Assembly (NCBI GenBank): GCA_024704765.1
Contig: JAKMXF010000301.1
Span: forward strand, 451,143 to 515,142
Origin: Oopsacas minuta
Lineage: Eukaryota; Animalia; Porifera
Direction of reading: 5' to 3'
DNA: 64,000 nt
The notes beneath the pieces were generated by a model. That model saw only the letters and a program-made list of their open reading frames with translations, was not told where the DNA came from and searched no databases. Both the position numbers and the translations under genes were made by a program. Of this stretch, positions 37,250-49,637 are shown one piece after another (the first letter of the stretch is position 1; every line of letters starts with the position of its first letter).

Positions 37250-38830
37250 ACTGCCAGAGCATCCACCAAGAAAAACTACCTGGAATTGAAGAAAAAGATA
37301 GAAGTGATCAAGACACTTGAGAAAATCCAGGAATTAGTATTAGAGCTCTAGCAGGAATTTTTCAGTGTGGAAAGAGCCAAAATGACAAATACTCAAGAAT
37401 AAAGAGTATTTGCTAGCGCGTTCGAATCTAATGCTTCAGAGAATAGAGTTACCATCAGCAAGAAACCTCGTAAATCAGACTATGTTGAAGTCAACATAGC
37501 CCTATACGAGTGGTACACTCTTGCATTATCAAAAAATATATATATCCTGGTGTCCCACAACTAACAGAAAAGGCAAAACAGATCGCTGCATACTTGGAAA
37601 ATCCAATTTTAAAGGTTCAACTGGCTGGTTGGTGAAGTGGAAAGGAAAGTACAATATCAAACAGTTTACAATTTGTGGAGATCAGGAAATGTACAAGGTA
37701 AGACAGTTGATTCTGGAAAGAGAGGCTTCCTGATTTAATTCAAGATTATGCCAAAGATAACATATGGAATATGGACGACAGGTGTTTTTTGGCAGGCTTT
37801 ACCTGATCATGGGTTTTGCCAAATGGGAATCAGTGTAAAGGAAGCAAAAACGTAAGCAAAGGATAACTATAGCATTTTTTGTTACCGCAGCAGTACAAAA
37901 GAAAGTCTTGTGATAATCTGGAATCCGAAAATCCACGATGGTTTAAAGGGTTTGATAAATCACTTTTGCCAGTTCATTATTTCAGTCAGAAGAAAGCCTG
38001 GATAACTGGGGAGATACTGGAATCTATTCAGACGAAATTAAATCACAAATTTTCATGTAGCAATCGCTGTATCATTCTATTGATGGATAATGCAGGCTGC
38101 CACCCAGAGAGTCTAAGCGCAAAATTCAGCAATATAAAAGTTATATTTCTACTAGCCAATACTACTGCCAAACTTCAGCCTCTCGACTAGGCATAATTCA
38201 GAACTTTAAAGTTCACTGTCGTCATTTGTTTTGAACTTACATTCTTTCAAAGATAGATGAATGCGAAACTGCCTCTGATGTGGTGAAGTCTGTAAATATA
38301 CTTGTAGTAATTAGGTGGGTAGCCGAGGCTTGGTCAATAGTAAGAGCAGAAACCATTTCAAATGTTTCAGAAAGGCTGGAGTCTTGGACAGTGCAATGGA
38401 AGTTATTCACCGTGGACTTGAGGAAGATGAAGATCCATTCTTGGATTCTGATTTACTTATGCTGCAGAGCCTCATTGACAAAACAACGACTACTCAAGAA
38501 AATTATACTCTAGACGAGTACTTGCATGGGGACGACCATCTTCCAGTGTGTGTGGATTTAGATAACGAGAACAGGGACGATAACCTCTTAGCACAGCTTG
38601 GACATGATGTCCTGGAAATAAATAAGACAGATGGGTCAGATAAAGAGATTGAACTGGAAGACGAATCCTCCCCTCTGAAAGTGCAAAGTTTTAAAGAAGA
38701 AATAAACTCACTTAAAGAAGTAGGACGATTTCTTGAAAGTCGAGGATATTTCGAGGTACTATGGACATTGGCACCACAATAGATACAGTAGCTAGTCTGC
38801 AAGTGTCAAACAGTAGACAAAGTTATCTAC
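37250..38830 (+). pseudogene. Tigger (TIGD/CENP-B-like) transposase, degraded
   Basis: KKIEVIK (psq HTH), ALYEWY, FKGSTGWLVKWKGKYNIK (CENP-B HTH), WITGEI, LLMDNAGCHP...NTTAKLQPLD (DDE_1). Confidence 0.88.
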
Positions 38831-39478
38831 CTGACTTATTTACGCACCCATTATAGTATAGAGTACTTGCGACTTCTCCCGTAACTATTCAACTTTAATA
38901 CATGTAAAACTGCATTCAAAATGATACATATTAGGTATTTTGATAAAAAGATGGCCCAGTCTCCGAGATGCGGACAATTCTCTACAACGGACAGAAGCCA
39001 TGTCTCCAAAGTGTCCATTATTCGGAGACTCCACTGTATTTATTAATTCGTTTTGCAATTTTAAACTACGGTAAATTCGACTCACGAAGTGCAGATCGAT
39101 GCCACAGTATGCCAAAATCGCCAAATGGCAGATTAGGGTAACCATTACAACTAGACATGTTTTATGTGGTCTATATAGTAAATCGACACTTAAGTTTCAA
39201 TAATCTCATTTAAATTTCCATAGTATTACCACTATTGGGAAAATGACATTAATTCGGTGATTATATAATATTTAATATTCATGGTTCAATATTATTATTT
39301 CATTTATCGAATTTATCGTATCAAGTAAAGTTTCCTAATAGATGGATTATAGTATATATATAACTAGCTATTATAAAATAATGAACCATGGGGTAGTTTT
39401 CCCTTTACTACAAATTTGGCCTTGTGGAAAACTTTTACTAAATATAGAAATTCAATCCCTAATTTCTGTAGTTAATTA

Positions 39479-41100
39479 CACTGGTCAACAAACAATTTGT
39501 TGCCTAAGATGTTAGATCCGTTTCTAGGCATATTTACCTCGAGGAATCTGAAAATGGCATCGGCTTATCCGAATTGGCTCTAGTTTTGCGATACCTAATG
39601 TTAAATTTGGCGTGATAAGTATAAAAATAATGAAGATATATTACACATAAATTTCTTCACATTAAATAGTGGCATGGTGTTTCAGTGGTGACATCCAACT
39701 TTTATGCTTCCAAGTGTAAATTTGAATTATTGAAATTTGTAGTTTTTGAATGTAATTATCAACAGCAAAACCGAAAATTTGGGAAGTATAATTTTATCAT
39801 TATAGCTACTCCGTATGAAATACATTTATCATTGTCAAAACAATTAATCAGTTAAAAGTAATAATATTAAAAAGAATACTAAACTTGTTTATTGAAGGAC
39901 ATCTAAAAATCGTCTCTTATTTGATTTTCTGTTATGGGATATCAGAGGGCAATCTCGCTGGAGGCTCCAACAGTAATCTGCCATCATGTGGGTTTCCCAC
40001 CTGCCTTGATATCTCTCTTCAATGACTTTGATGTCCTGATGAAACCTTTCCCCTGTTCCTCACTTAAATCCCCAAGGTTTTCAGGGAAACGATCCAGGTG
40101 GGTAAATAGATAGTGAACCTTGATGTTAACATCTAAATCTTTAAATTTGTAAAGCATGTCATTGACCAAATCTATGTAGTTGTTAGCTTTATTATTACCC
40201 AAGAAGTTATTGACTACCAAAACAAATGCACACCATGCAGAAGATTCTAAAATTAGTCATGGATTGGACGAACCCAGTGTTTCTGATGAGGCTGCGGATC
40301 TGAGGACCATCAAAGATCCCTGCTTTCAGTATTTCATTGCTCATTCCTGGGAATGATCTGCAAATGTACTTGAAACAGGGGCCGTCTTTGTCTAGAAATT
40401 TTACGAAATGCTTCATTAAACCCAGCTCGATGTGGAGGGGTGGAAGAATGATTTTTCTCTAGGAACCAATGGTTCATATAGAATGTTTGCTCCTCCAACT
40501 GTTAGATCAGTTCTCAAGGGCCACATTTTATTCACCCAATGATCTTTGCGGGCTCTGCTGTCCCATAAACATACAAAACAAGGGTACTTAGTGTATCCAC
40601 CTTGTTGGCCAAGTAGAAAGTTTACCATCTTGAGATCAACACATATCAACCACTGGTGTTCATGATATTTCAATTTTTTGCAATACCATTTAAATATTTT
40701 CCTACTCCACCTTAAGCTTTGTTGAATGTCCAGTTGGAATAGATACATATTTATTTCCATTATGCAATAAAACGCACTTCAAGCCTCCCTTGGAACTATC
40801 AATGAATAGACGCCAATCTTCTGGTCTATATTGTTGACTCATCAAATTGATGGAAAATTGATGCTGGGTACGAATCTGGCGGTAAAGTTGATTGGATAAG
40901 ATTTGGAAAAGGTTATCACTTGGGAGATCTATAGCGAATTCGCCGCAACCGCTATTATAAAATCATTTTTGAATGTCAATACGTCATATCTCAGCTTGGG
41001 TACGATGATTTCTGGATTTGCAAGCAATCCTTTCTTCTAATTCTACTAGTAAATTGCCAAAAGGTTAATTTCATTGTAATAGATTTAAATAGAAACTATT
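39479..41100 (-). mobile_element. Degraded, 5'-truncated Chapaev3 (CMC) element
   Basis: TTA|CACTGGTCAACAAA terminus. Minus strand reads DWRLFIDSSKGGLKCVLLHNGN, CVDLKMVNFLLGQQGGYTKYPCFVCLWDSRA, LPPLHIELG, GIFDGPQIR, and DLSEEQG.RFHQD. Confidence 0.85.
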
Positions 41101-42562
41101 GTTGATATTCGTCATTGAAATTGGGCTAATTGATATAATGAATATTAAAAAAAGGAAAAATACCTGAGAATATTGTGTAATTTTGGACGAGTGTTATCTT
41201 AGCAGTCAATTCAAATCCCCACTAAAACATCTTTTCTCAAAAAGTATGGGTTCTATTTTGAAAAGAGCCATGCCAGTGTAAAGAAGAAAGTTGCTACATT
41301 GAATATCATCACTCATAATTACCAAATTTACATTTTGAGTAAGCAATTTTGTATTCTATTTTGGTCGAGCTTTTTTATTAATATCTCCCAAAATAATTGT
41401 GATAACAACTTATCATTTTAATCATATTTACATCTTACTTGGTACATTGTGTATATCCAATTTGAAATAAAAAAGATTATTTTTGAAAAAGTTATGATCG
41501 CCCGAACTTTACATAGGAATTACATAGACGACCAATTTGTACTATAAATAATGAAGTATGTATGACAATACAGTGTCGTAAATTATGATAAGTACTTAGT
41601 ATCATTTTCAATTCTATAGTTCCAATTCTATTGTGGTTTCTAGATAATAATCAGGAGATATTTGAAATATACTAAATAACACAACACCATTGTAATGACA
41701 GTTATCATACATTATATATTAGTTATTGATAGAAGAGAGTAAACAAATCAAAGAAATGCAAGATATTAATTAACCAGATTTTACAGTTTGCCTGTCTATA
41801 TTTTCTGTAATGAACTGATTGATGAACTAATGAGAAATACTGATCGAATTTCCCATGTATATTAGAAGAGGCTAAACCTAAAACAGGTGGTACTATTTAT
41901 GCAAAATCTTTACAGCTATATAAGGAAGAGTAACAAATGTCTTGGCCAGATAAGATTTGAAGAGACGATCAACACTTCGATTTGTAATTATAAATGCCAG
42001 AATGGTAAGAGAATCGAGAGTTAACTCCAGAGATGGGTCTCCAAATGAATGCTCCAAAAAATAGATAGTAACTTCTTTCTGATTCAAATTTGTACAAATT
42101 GTAAGATAAACGTTTGTAAGAGAGTTTGGAGATATAATTCCTAGATTGATTAAGATAATTGTAAGGATAAGAATATAGATTTCATGTTCATTGTTTACTG
42201 GGATAAGAATATATCTTCAAGAACTTTGCATATAGGTGTTGTGTTAGATTCCAAATCCTGGGTAATATAATCTAGCTTTTAAACATATCTTGGTTAGAGA
42301 AAAGGTCATATAATTGTTCCATATAATCCAACTTTCGATACAAATACGTATATACTTACATTTGTGATCTTTGTCACAATCAATTTACATATTTGGATGA
42401 GATCTCACAAAATATTCAACAATCAACTTCTATCAAAATGTTTTTTGATAGAATTTCTCACAAAATATTCAAGTTCCATTTATACAGATGTCATGGTTGG
42501 AAGTAAGAACACAATCTATGCCAAAAGAACGACTAATTTTCTGACAAATTTCCATATAACTA

Positions 42563-42662
42563 CAGTCAACTCCCCTTATATCGGAAACAAGGGACCGCAA
42601 TAATTACTTCGATATAGCGAGGAAATCTAAATATCTATGTTCGATATACCGGGAGTTGACTG
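42563..42662. mobile_element. 100-bp pogo-type MITE
   Basis: TA|CAGTCAACTCCC...GGGAGTTGACTG|TG. Confidence 0.8.
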
Positions 42663-43245
42663 TGTATCATTACAAGATTAACTAAGAAAGATACTCACAT
42701 GATTGAATTGAAATGAAATTTAGTAGGACTGTTGTATGAAGAAAATTTGTGGAAGAAATGAAGTTGAAATAAAATGAAGTTGAAGAATATCAAAAGTATT
42801 AAGGTTGTGAGAAACGAAATAAATCAATTACAGTGTTACAAATGCTTGTTGATTGATATTTACATATTAATTCTTAATTTAATACAAAGTTCAAAAATCT
42901 AAACTGACATAACTGGTCCTAATAATTGAGAAGGAATACATTTGACCTCAAGAATTTAGTTATGGTAAATAAATTTACACTAAGAATATTCAAGTAATCA
43001 ATACATAGCTACAAAGGATACAAATCATCTAGCAAATAATTCCTATGTAAAGTTCGGGCGATCATAACTTTTTCAAAAATAATCTTTTTTATTTCAAATT
43101 GGATATACGCAATGTACCAAGTAAGATGTAAATATGATTAAAATGATAAGTTGTTATCACAATTATTTTGGGAGATATTAATAAAAAAGCTCGACCAAAA
43201 ATGTAATACAAAATTGCTTACTCATCATGTAAAATTTGGTAATTA

Positions 43246-45541
43246 CACAGCCCTGCGGAAAAACAAATTTTATTTGCTGATTGTTATTGCAAAACATTTT
43301 CTAATCCACATTTTAATACTGATTTTGAATAATTTTGTAAAATATACGTATCACGTCTAGTTTTTTTGCAAAATTATTTTTAAATATTGGTATATTTATC
43401 GATGAATGCATGATACCTCTCCAAGTAAAATAGTGAAAATCTGCCATTTATAAATTTTTATTGATAATATAATCTTAGTTAATAAATAATTTGAATATAT
43501 TAGTCTGAATCAGGAGTAAATTTCCGTTTTTTTGACATTCTAGCATGAATAACATCAATACAATCTCTCTTGAGGCAGCAGCAGTAATCAGCCATCATAT
43601 GAACGTCCCACCTCCCCTGATATCGTGTTTCCATTGTTTTTATATCTTGGTGGAATCGTTCACCTTGCTCCTCGGAAAACAGCTCCAAGATTCTCTGGAA
43701 AATAGTCAATATGACTGTGAAGAAAGTGAACTTTTACACTCATATTGCAGCCGAGATTCTTGTAAGATTCAATCAACTCATTCACAAGTATTTTATAATT
43801 AGGAGATTTCGTATTTCCCAAGAAGTTTTTCATGACATCTACAAATGCATTCCATGCACATTTTTCTTTGCATATCATAGAATTTGAAAAATTATCATCT
43901 CGAACAAGTTGTCTTATCTGAGGACCGTCGAATATACCGGCTTTTCTTTTTTCATCACTTAGGTAGTAAAATTTCTCGGTAATATATTTGAAACAATTTC
44001 CTTCTTTATCTAATGCCCTTACAAACTGTTTCATCAATCCTAATTTTATATGAAGTGGTGGAAGCAAAATCTTGAGAGGATCCACTAGAGGCTCGTGAAT
44101 AATGTTCTTATCTCCAACATTAAGATTGGTTCTAGCTGGCCAGCTCTGTCTAGAATAGTGTTCGCTCTTTGCACGACTGTCCCATAAGCATAAAAAACAA
44201 GGGTATTTTGTATATCCTGATTGCTGTCCTAAAAGAATGCATATGATTTTTAAGTCACCACAGATTACCCAATTGTGCTGGTTATAATTAATTTTATGAA
44301 GCACAATTTTCATGTTATCATATCGTTCCTTTAAACTTACTGAATGTCCAATTGGTATGGAACTAAATTTGTTGCCATTATGAAGTAGAACACATTTCAA
44401 ACTTTGTTTTGAACTATCAATAAAGAGTCTCCAATCATTAGGTACATACGGACATCCAAGAGCATTAACTAGCGGTGAAACATCATGACAAAACACAAAT
44501 CCGTCTTCCATTATGAAATATTTCAAAAATTCGATCTCTCTGTTCCTATATGAGTAAAATTTTGTTTCTGGGAGAAGCAAGTTTTTTTCTTTTAGCCTAG
44601 AACCTAACAACTCCGCAGATTCTTTAGGTAAATCTAAATCACGTACCAAATCATTTAATTCAGACTGATTAAATAACTGTGGAGAATTAGAACGAGATAA
44701 TACACACGGAATAAAATCCTCATCTTCTCTAATTAATGAATCTCTAGTTTCACAATCATCAATTTCCGAGATAACACCCAAATTAGTAAATTTTGGAACA
44801 GGTACATCAATAGAATGGGGAACGGGTCGTATTGCTGAATGTAAATTTGGATACTTGATCAATGACTTGGTTTTAGCATTGAATCCGGAAATATTCGCCA
44901 TACAAAAGTAACAATCGCTAATGTGATTTTGTGGCTCTCTCCATATCATTGGAATTCCAAAACTTAAACTCTTTCTGATTCCTTTTGTCCATTGTCTCAA
45001 ATTTTCTACACAAGATCGGCACACTGTATGTGGAGCCCATGTTTTGTCTTGATCACCTAATCTCATTCCAAAATATCTTAAATATGCTTTTTTAACAAAT
45101 CCTGTTATTGCCGTAGTTTGTTTAGAAGTCATAAAACTCCCACAAATATAACAAAAGACGTCTGGATCATTACTGCACCTTCTCCGATAAGCCATATGAT
45201 AATAAAATATCAAAATAGTAGACTATAGTACAATAAAGCTGTATATAACAAAAATAAAAATAAAAAAATTATGTAGAAAAGAATGGAGTTAAAGGGACTA
45301 ATTAGAAAATGCAATAAAGCACGCATCTGTTTATTTCAAAAGACAAAAATTCACACATGTATCAAATATAATCATTTATTCTAGGGAAGTGTACTTAAAA
45401 AAATCGACTTACATTAAAATGACATTTGAGTAAAAACGAGACGTGATAGGGGAAATCTGATGACAGATTGAGAATCAGTATACTCAAGTTAACTAAAAAC
45501 AACCCATGGATAATAATCAGCAAATTTGACGCAGGGCAGTG
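43246..45541 (-). mobile_element. Chapaev3 (CMC superfamily) transposon, near intact
   Basis: TIRs CACAGCCCTGCG / CACTGCCCTGCG. 3-bp TSD TTA, confirmed by the empty site in the opposite foldback arm. Confidence 0.93.
43500..45213 (-). CDS. Chapaev3 transposase (517-aa ORF plus C-terminus after a single +1 frameshift near 43680)
   Basis: FCYICG...WAPHTVCRSC...WREPQNHISDCYFC (Chapaev Zn domain), WRLFIDSSK, ICGDLK, LPPLHIKLG, HFLHSH, then SEEQGERFHQD in the next frame. Confidence 0.9.
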
Positions 45542-46283
45542 TTATGAGTGATGATATGAAATGTACCAACTTTCCTCTCCACACTGATATGGTTCTTTCA
45601 AAATAGAACCCATACTTTTTGAGAAAAGATGCTTTAGTGGGGATTTGAATCGACTGCTAAGATAACACTCGTTTTTTGGTTGGCATTTCATTTTTAGCTA
45701 ACCACTATTATTGGATAAATTAGAAATATGTAGAATTACTTTTTTGATTTGGGAAGTAATTTTCCACAATACTGAGATGGGCAGAGCTTTCCAGTCTGAA
45801 AAGATGCTGACCTGTTATAGCCATGGCAACCCTCAGATTGCGGCTTAAATGGCATCAATATGACCACTTTATGACTCAGCAATAGCCAAAATTACTCTAC
45901 TAGACAATATTCTGGTAATCCTAATCCCCCAATTAACTAAACAAGAGGGGAGCTAGAATAAGTATATTGGTGTTGCCAGAATGAAACCAAGTGCTATTAT
46001 ATATAATTTTCCAAGTATCCATTGGGAGCAAGCGAAAATAATTTCTCATATATATACATCATGAATATTAACACAGCCGTTGTAGGCTCTTGGAAATTGT
46101 GGCTGCTGAGTAGTATATAGCCAAACTAAAATTTCTGTTAATTGGGGCTGCTAGGAAATGATAACTCCATCAGATTCTAAATTACTGACCCGTTTAGCGA
46201 AAGGTGGGGCTGAGACCCCTCCCACAAGGTACGCCTCCAGTCCTTTACGTATACAGAATGCAGATATCATTTTGAATAATTAA

Positions 46284-47996
46284 CTAATTATTTAATTCTT
46301 GTAAAATAGGTATAATATGAGCTTCTGTGTTGAATAAAATAGAATTTAATGGTAATAGTGATTCATCTTCTGAAAAAAGTAGAAACAAATATTTTAAAGT
46401 TTCTCCTAGGAAAAAGGATTCCATCAAGTCTCTGTAGTGAGGATGAGTTTCAGATCTCACATTGTTTATAGAACTGTATCCTCCAGTGGCAATTCTAGTA
46501 ATTTTCTCGAATGCATTGAATATTTCCCATCCCCATTCTTGGTATATTCTATCTCCTGTGACCTTGTACAAATAGTATAATGATTCAACTGTTTCTGGTC
46601 TCAATAAATTATGTGCGTCTAAGTCCCGAATAATTATATCCTCACCTCCTCCAGACTGAAGATTGAAATATACAATTTCAGGACTGAGTTTTGTAGCTGT
46701 ACGCGCATACATTTGATAGCATGTATATGCAAGCTCTTTGCCTAAAATTAAATGTTCAGGAGAAAGTCCATGATAATATCCTAATGTAAGAGTACCTGGA
46801 TAGAAACACACTAAATGATCCATCTTAGGGGAAAACTGATTATTGACAATTTCTCCAATCAGAGCAAGCCTACTAGGCTCTGAATACCTCAGTAGCCGCT
46901 TTGTCACCCCATCTACAGTCTGTAAGTACCATTCACGATATCGATCATCGGTTTTACCAGCCATTATCCATTGTTTGAGCAAATACTCGTAATAACTGTC
47001 TGCACGTGATCCCATTGTCAATGTTCTAGCCCCAGGTTTGAAATCACCAGTATCAGCAGATATGAATTGTGGAACCAAAAAGTCGGTTTTGGGAAGACTC
47101 TGTATTTGAATCATTACACGTTCTACTGCATCAGAATACATTTTATCACCTGTTAAATACGATAAGTACTTGAATTCAAGTTGTATGGATGTGACTTCAG
47201 ACACAGTTGAGTGTTTGTCCCATTTGGGATCGCTTGACACACCTGTGTGCAGGTTTACATCTGACCGCGGTATGCCTGATGGTGTGTTGAAAGATGGCAT
47301 TAGCTTATCTCCTAATATCCGAGCTTTTTCTAGGAAAATAGGATCTCGAGATAAGTAATAAGAACTAAGCAAGCCACCTAAAACTCTAATAGTTGTTTCA
47401 AACAGATTTACGAATATATTCCTATCAAAGTTTAGGCTATGTTGTACCCAGTCTCTAGCTTGTTTAAACTCACTAGTAAGATTCATAATAAACAATGTAT
47501 CTAAGGCATCGATTAGGGTTAAACCAAGTCCAAACCATTCTTGACTAGAACGTGAAATTGGTTTGAGCATATCCTTTCCCCATGCATACTCTACATATCC
47601 ATTCCAAGCATGCTTCATGGCAGATACTACAGCTTTCTGACGGTCGGTTAAGATAGACTCACTTATATGATTTCTAGTTGGGGTTATAGGAGGATATGAT
47701 CGCGATGTTTGGGACTGAAATTCTGAAGTTTGAACGTTTTCATTCTGTTCTTCGAAAAGGTTATTGTAATCAGTAAAGATTCTATCTATGGCTTGATTCT
47801 CTGGCAGAGCACTATCAGAAATACTAATTATTTGTGTAAAAAACAAATAATATACCAATAAACTAAACAGGAAGAGCATTAAAATAATATTTTTCTGGAA
47901 GCTAGTAAGAGAGTTCCACACACGTCGTATCTGTTTCCGTTTTTGTAGGTGATTTATTTGAATATTAGATTCTACATCAACTTTACGTGGATCCAT
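46284..47996 (-). CDS. MAN1B1: ER mannosyl-oligosaccharide 1,2-alpha-mannosidase (GH47, type II membrane), intronless
   Basis: RRVWNSLTSFQKNIILMLFLF (ERManI-type N-terminus and TM), NLFETTIRVLGGLLS, GSRADSYYEYLLKQW, LRPETVES, ESFFLGETLKYL, NTEAH. Confidence 0.93.
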   Translation of the reverse strand: MDPRKVDVESNIQINHLQKRKQIRRVWNSLTSFQKNIILMLFLFSLLVYYLFFTQIISISDSALPENQAIDRIFTDYNNLFEEQNENVQTSEFQSQTSRSYPPITPTRNHISESILTDRQKAVVSAMKHAWNGYVEYAWGKDMLKPISRSSQEWFGLGLTLIDALDTLFIMNLTSEFKQARDWVQHSLNFDRNIFVNLFETTIRVLGGLLSSYYLSRDPIFLEKARILGDKLMPSFNTPSGIPRSDVNLHTGVSSDPKWDKHSTVSEVTSIQLEFKYLSYLTGDKMYSDAVERVMIQIQSLPKTDFLVPQFISADTGDFKPGARTLTMGSRADSYYEYLLKQWIMAGKTDDRYREWYLQTVDGVTKRLLRYSEPSRLALIGEIVNNQFSPKMDHLVCFYPGTLTLGYYHGLSPEHLILGKELAYTCYQMYARTATKLSPEIVYFNLQSGGGEDIIIRDLDAHNLLRPETVESLYYLYKVTGDRIYQEWGWEIFNAFEKITRIATGGYSSINNVRSETHPHYRDLMESFFLGETLKYLFLLFSEDESLLPLNSILFNTEAHIIPILQELNN

Positions 47997-49312
47997 CTAA
48001 TTCATTGGCTAGAATATAGGAATTGAGCAGTAATAACGTCCCTCGACTCTCTTTCTCGACATAGTTAATGAAACTTAAAAAAGATTAATAAAATACATGA
48101 TAGATAGATTTCCAAGTTTAGTTCATGGGCTCTTACAAGGGATATATCAAAGTGTGATAACTATACATGATCTTACTATAGAAGGCCAATGCCAGTTGAC
48201 AATACTGCTAAAGTACTTATGTAATCTCTTAATGAATATTATGTAAGGAACTCATAGGCCAGAATAAAAGGCAATTCTGATACGACAGAGAATTAGAATA
48301 TACATTATTAAGACCACAATACAGGATTCAAACAAAGTGCATTGTGTATTTTGAATTTTCCATGTCAATTGATACATGATAATTGCGAGGAAAAATTTGT
48401 TGTATGCAACATTGTTGCACCGCGTATAGTAACTTTTGGCAAGAGTTGCATGCTAAAACAATGTTGCAAGAAACTTGTTGCATGGAAATGGTAAACGGAT
48501 ATTTCGTTGCAGGACCTTTCGTCGCATGGATATTTCGTCGCTAGGTTATACCCAAGATAGCACTGTTCTCTCAATCAATATGTAAATTGTTGACTATAAC
48601 TGATCCTAGTGTCTCTATACCTCCTGGTTGTTGGTTGGTGTATTTAGGAGCGATTTCTAGCCAGTTACTGAACAGGCTCTTGACCGAATTAATTAATGAA
48701 ATTGCCCCTAATCAATGATTATGTATTTTCGTTCACTAATTGAGTATAATGGAGAGATTAGCCTTCCATTAGTGGCAGGGTTCTCCTGGGTTGTCATGTC
48801 TAACTACCTCAGGTTTTTGGATTGCGTCTGTTGCATAAAATAATGCCCCCGCGAAAAAGTCATTCCCATACCATGGATACTGTTGTTGGAAAGGAGACAA
48901 ATCTCACGCTACTACTAGCATGAGAATTTGCCCTACACCAAGGATATGCTTGATTTATCTTATCTTTAATGTACTTGTGAATTTTGTACACTACTCAATG
49001 TATGGTTAAACTATTTTCTTCACAATTAATTAATTAACTTTCATTGAAAAAATTATAAATTAAGTTTCACTGATGATGGACACTAATTGATAAAATGTTT
49101 GAACTCTACCCCTTAGCACGCAAATTATACTTTATTCTATACCATCATTTCTTTAGGATTTTAGCGATTATTGTATCAAATTTAATATAAAATAGTATAG
49201 TGTGTGTTTATAAAGAAGGTTGCCTATAAGGTGAGCCATGAAAGCTAATCCCAAGAACAATTTTGTTATTGCCCAAGGGGGTGAAAATATAATTAATCAT
49301 ATGATAAATAAG

Positions 49313-49448
49313 CAGGGTTGCCGTGGGAAATGAATTTCAATTCCCATCCCCACAGGATTCCTGTGGGAATTCCCATGGGATTCCCATGGGATTCCCATAT
49401 GGTAATTCCCATAGGATAAATACGATTCACATTCCCACGGTAATCCTG
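49313..49448. mobile_element. Small hAT-like MITE with TTCCCATGGGA repeats
   Basis: TIRs CAGGGTTGCCGTGGGAA / CAGGATTACCGTGGGAA. No clean TSD. Confidence 0.7.
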
Positions 49449-49637
49449 AGATACTAAAATAAGTGTATATACACTAACGCGGTTATTGACCAATAGAATT
49501 GATCATGTTAGCAGTCGAAGTTCAATACAAATACTTTAGTGGTCATCACACTCGACCAGAACCAATTGGATGCTAGTATGCCTCTTTGCCATCTGATTGA
49601 TCCAAAATGAATTTGTGAAAAGCTGTGGCAATATATA

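Larger units (their letters stand above)
35806..39036 (+). mobile_element. Tigger/pogo DNA transposon with a nested MULE
   Basis: Ends CAGTAGAGTCTCCC... and ...GGAGACTCCACTG|TA (left flank CA instead of TA). Confidence 0.85.
41187..45672. mobile_element. Foldback-type element with inverted arms of about 336 bp (41187-41522 vs 43037-43245 plus 45542-45672)
   Basis: The arms align as reverse complements with few mismatches once the Chapaev3 is removed. Candidate 7-bp TSD ATTTTGG/TTTTTGG. Confidence 0.85.

Noticed and set aside
41850-42320. Possible gene fragment captured in the foldback spacer
   Set aside because: All frames have frequent stops and I recognised no protein family.
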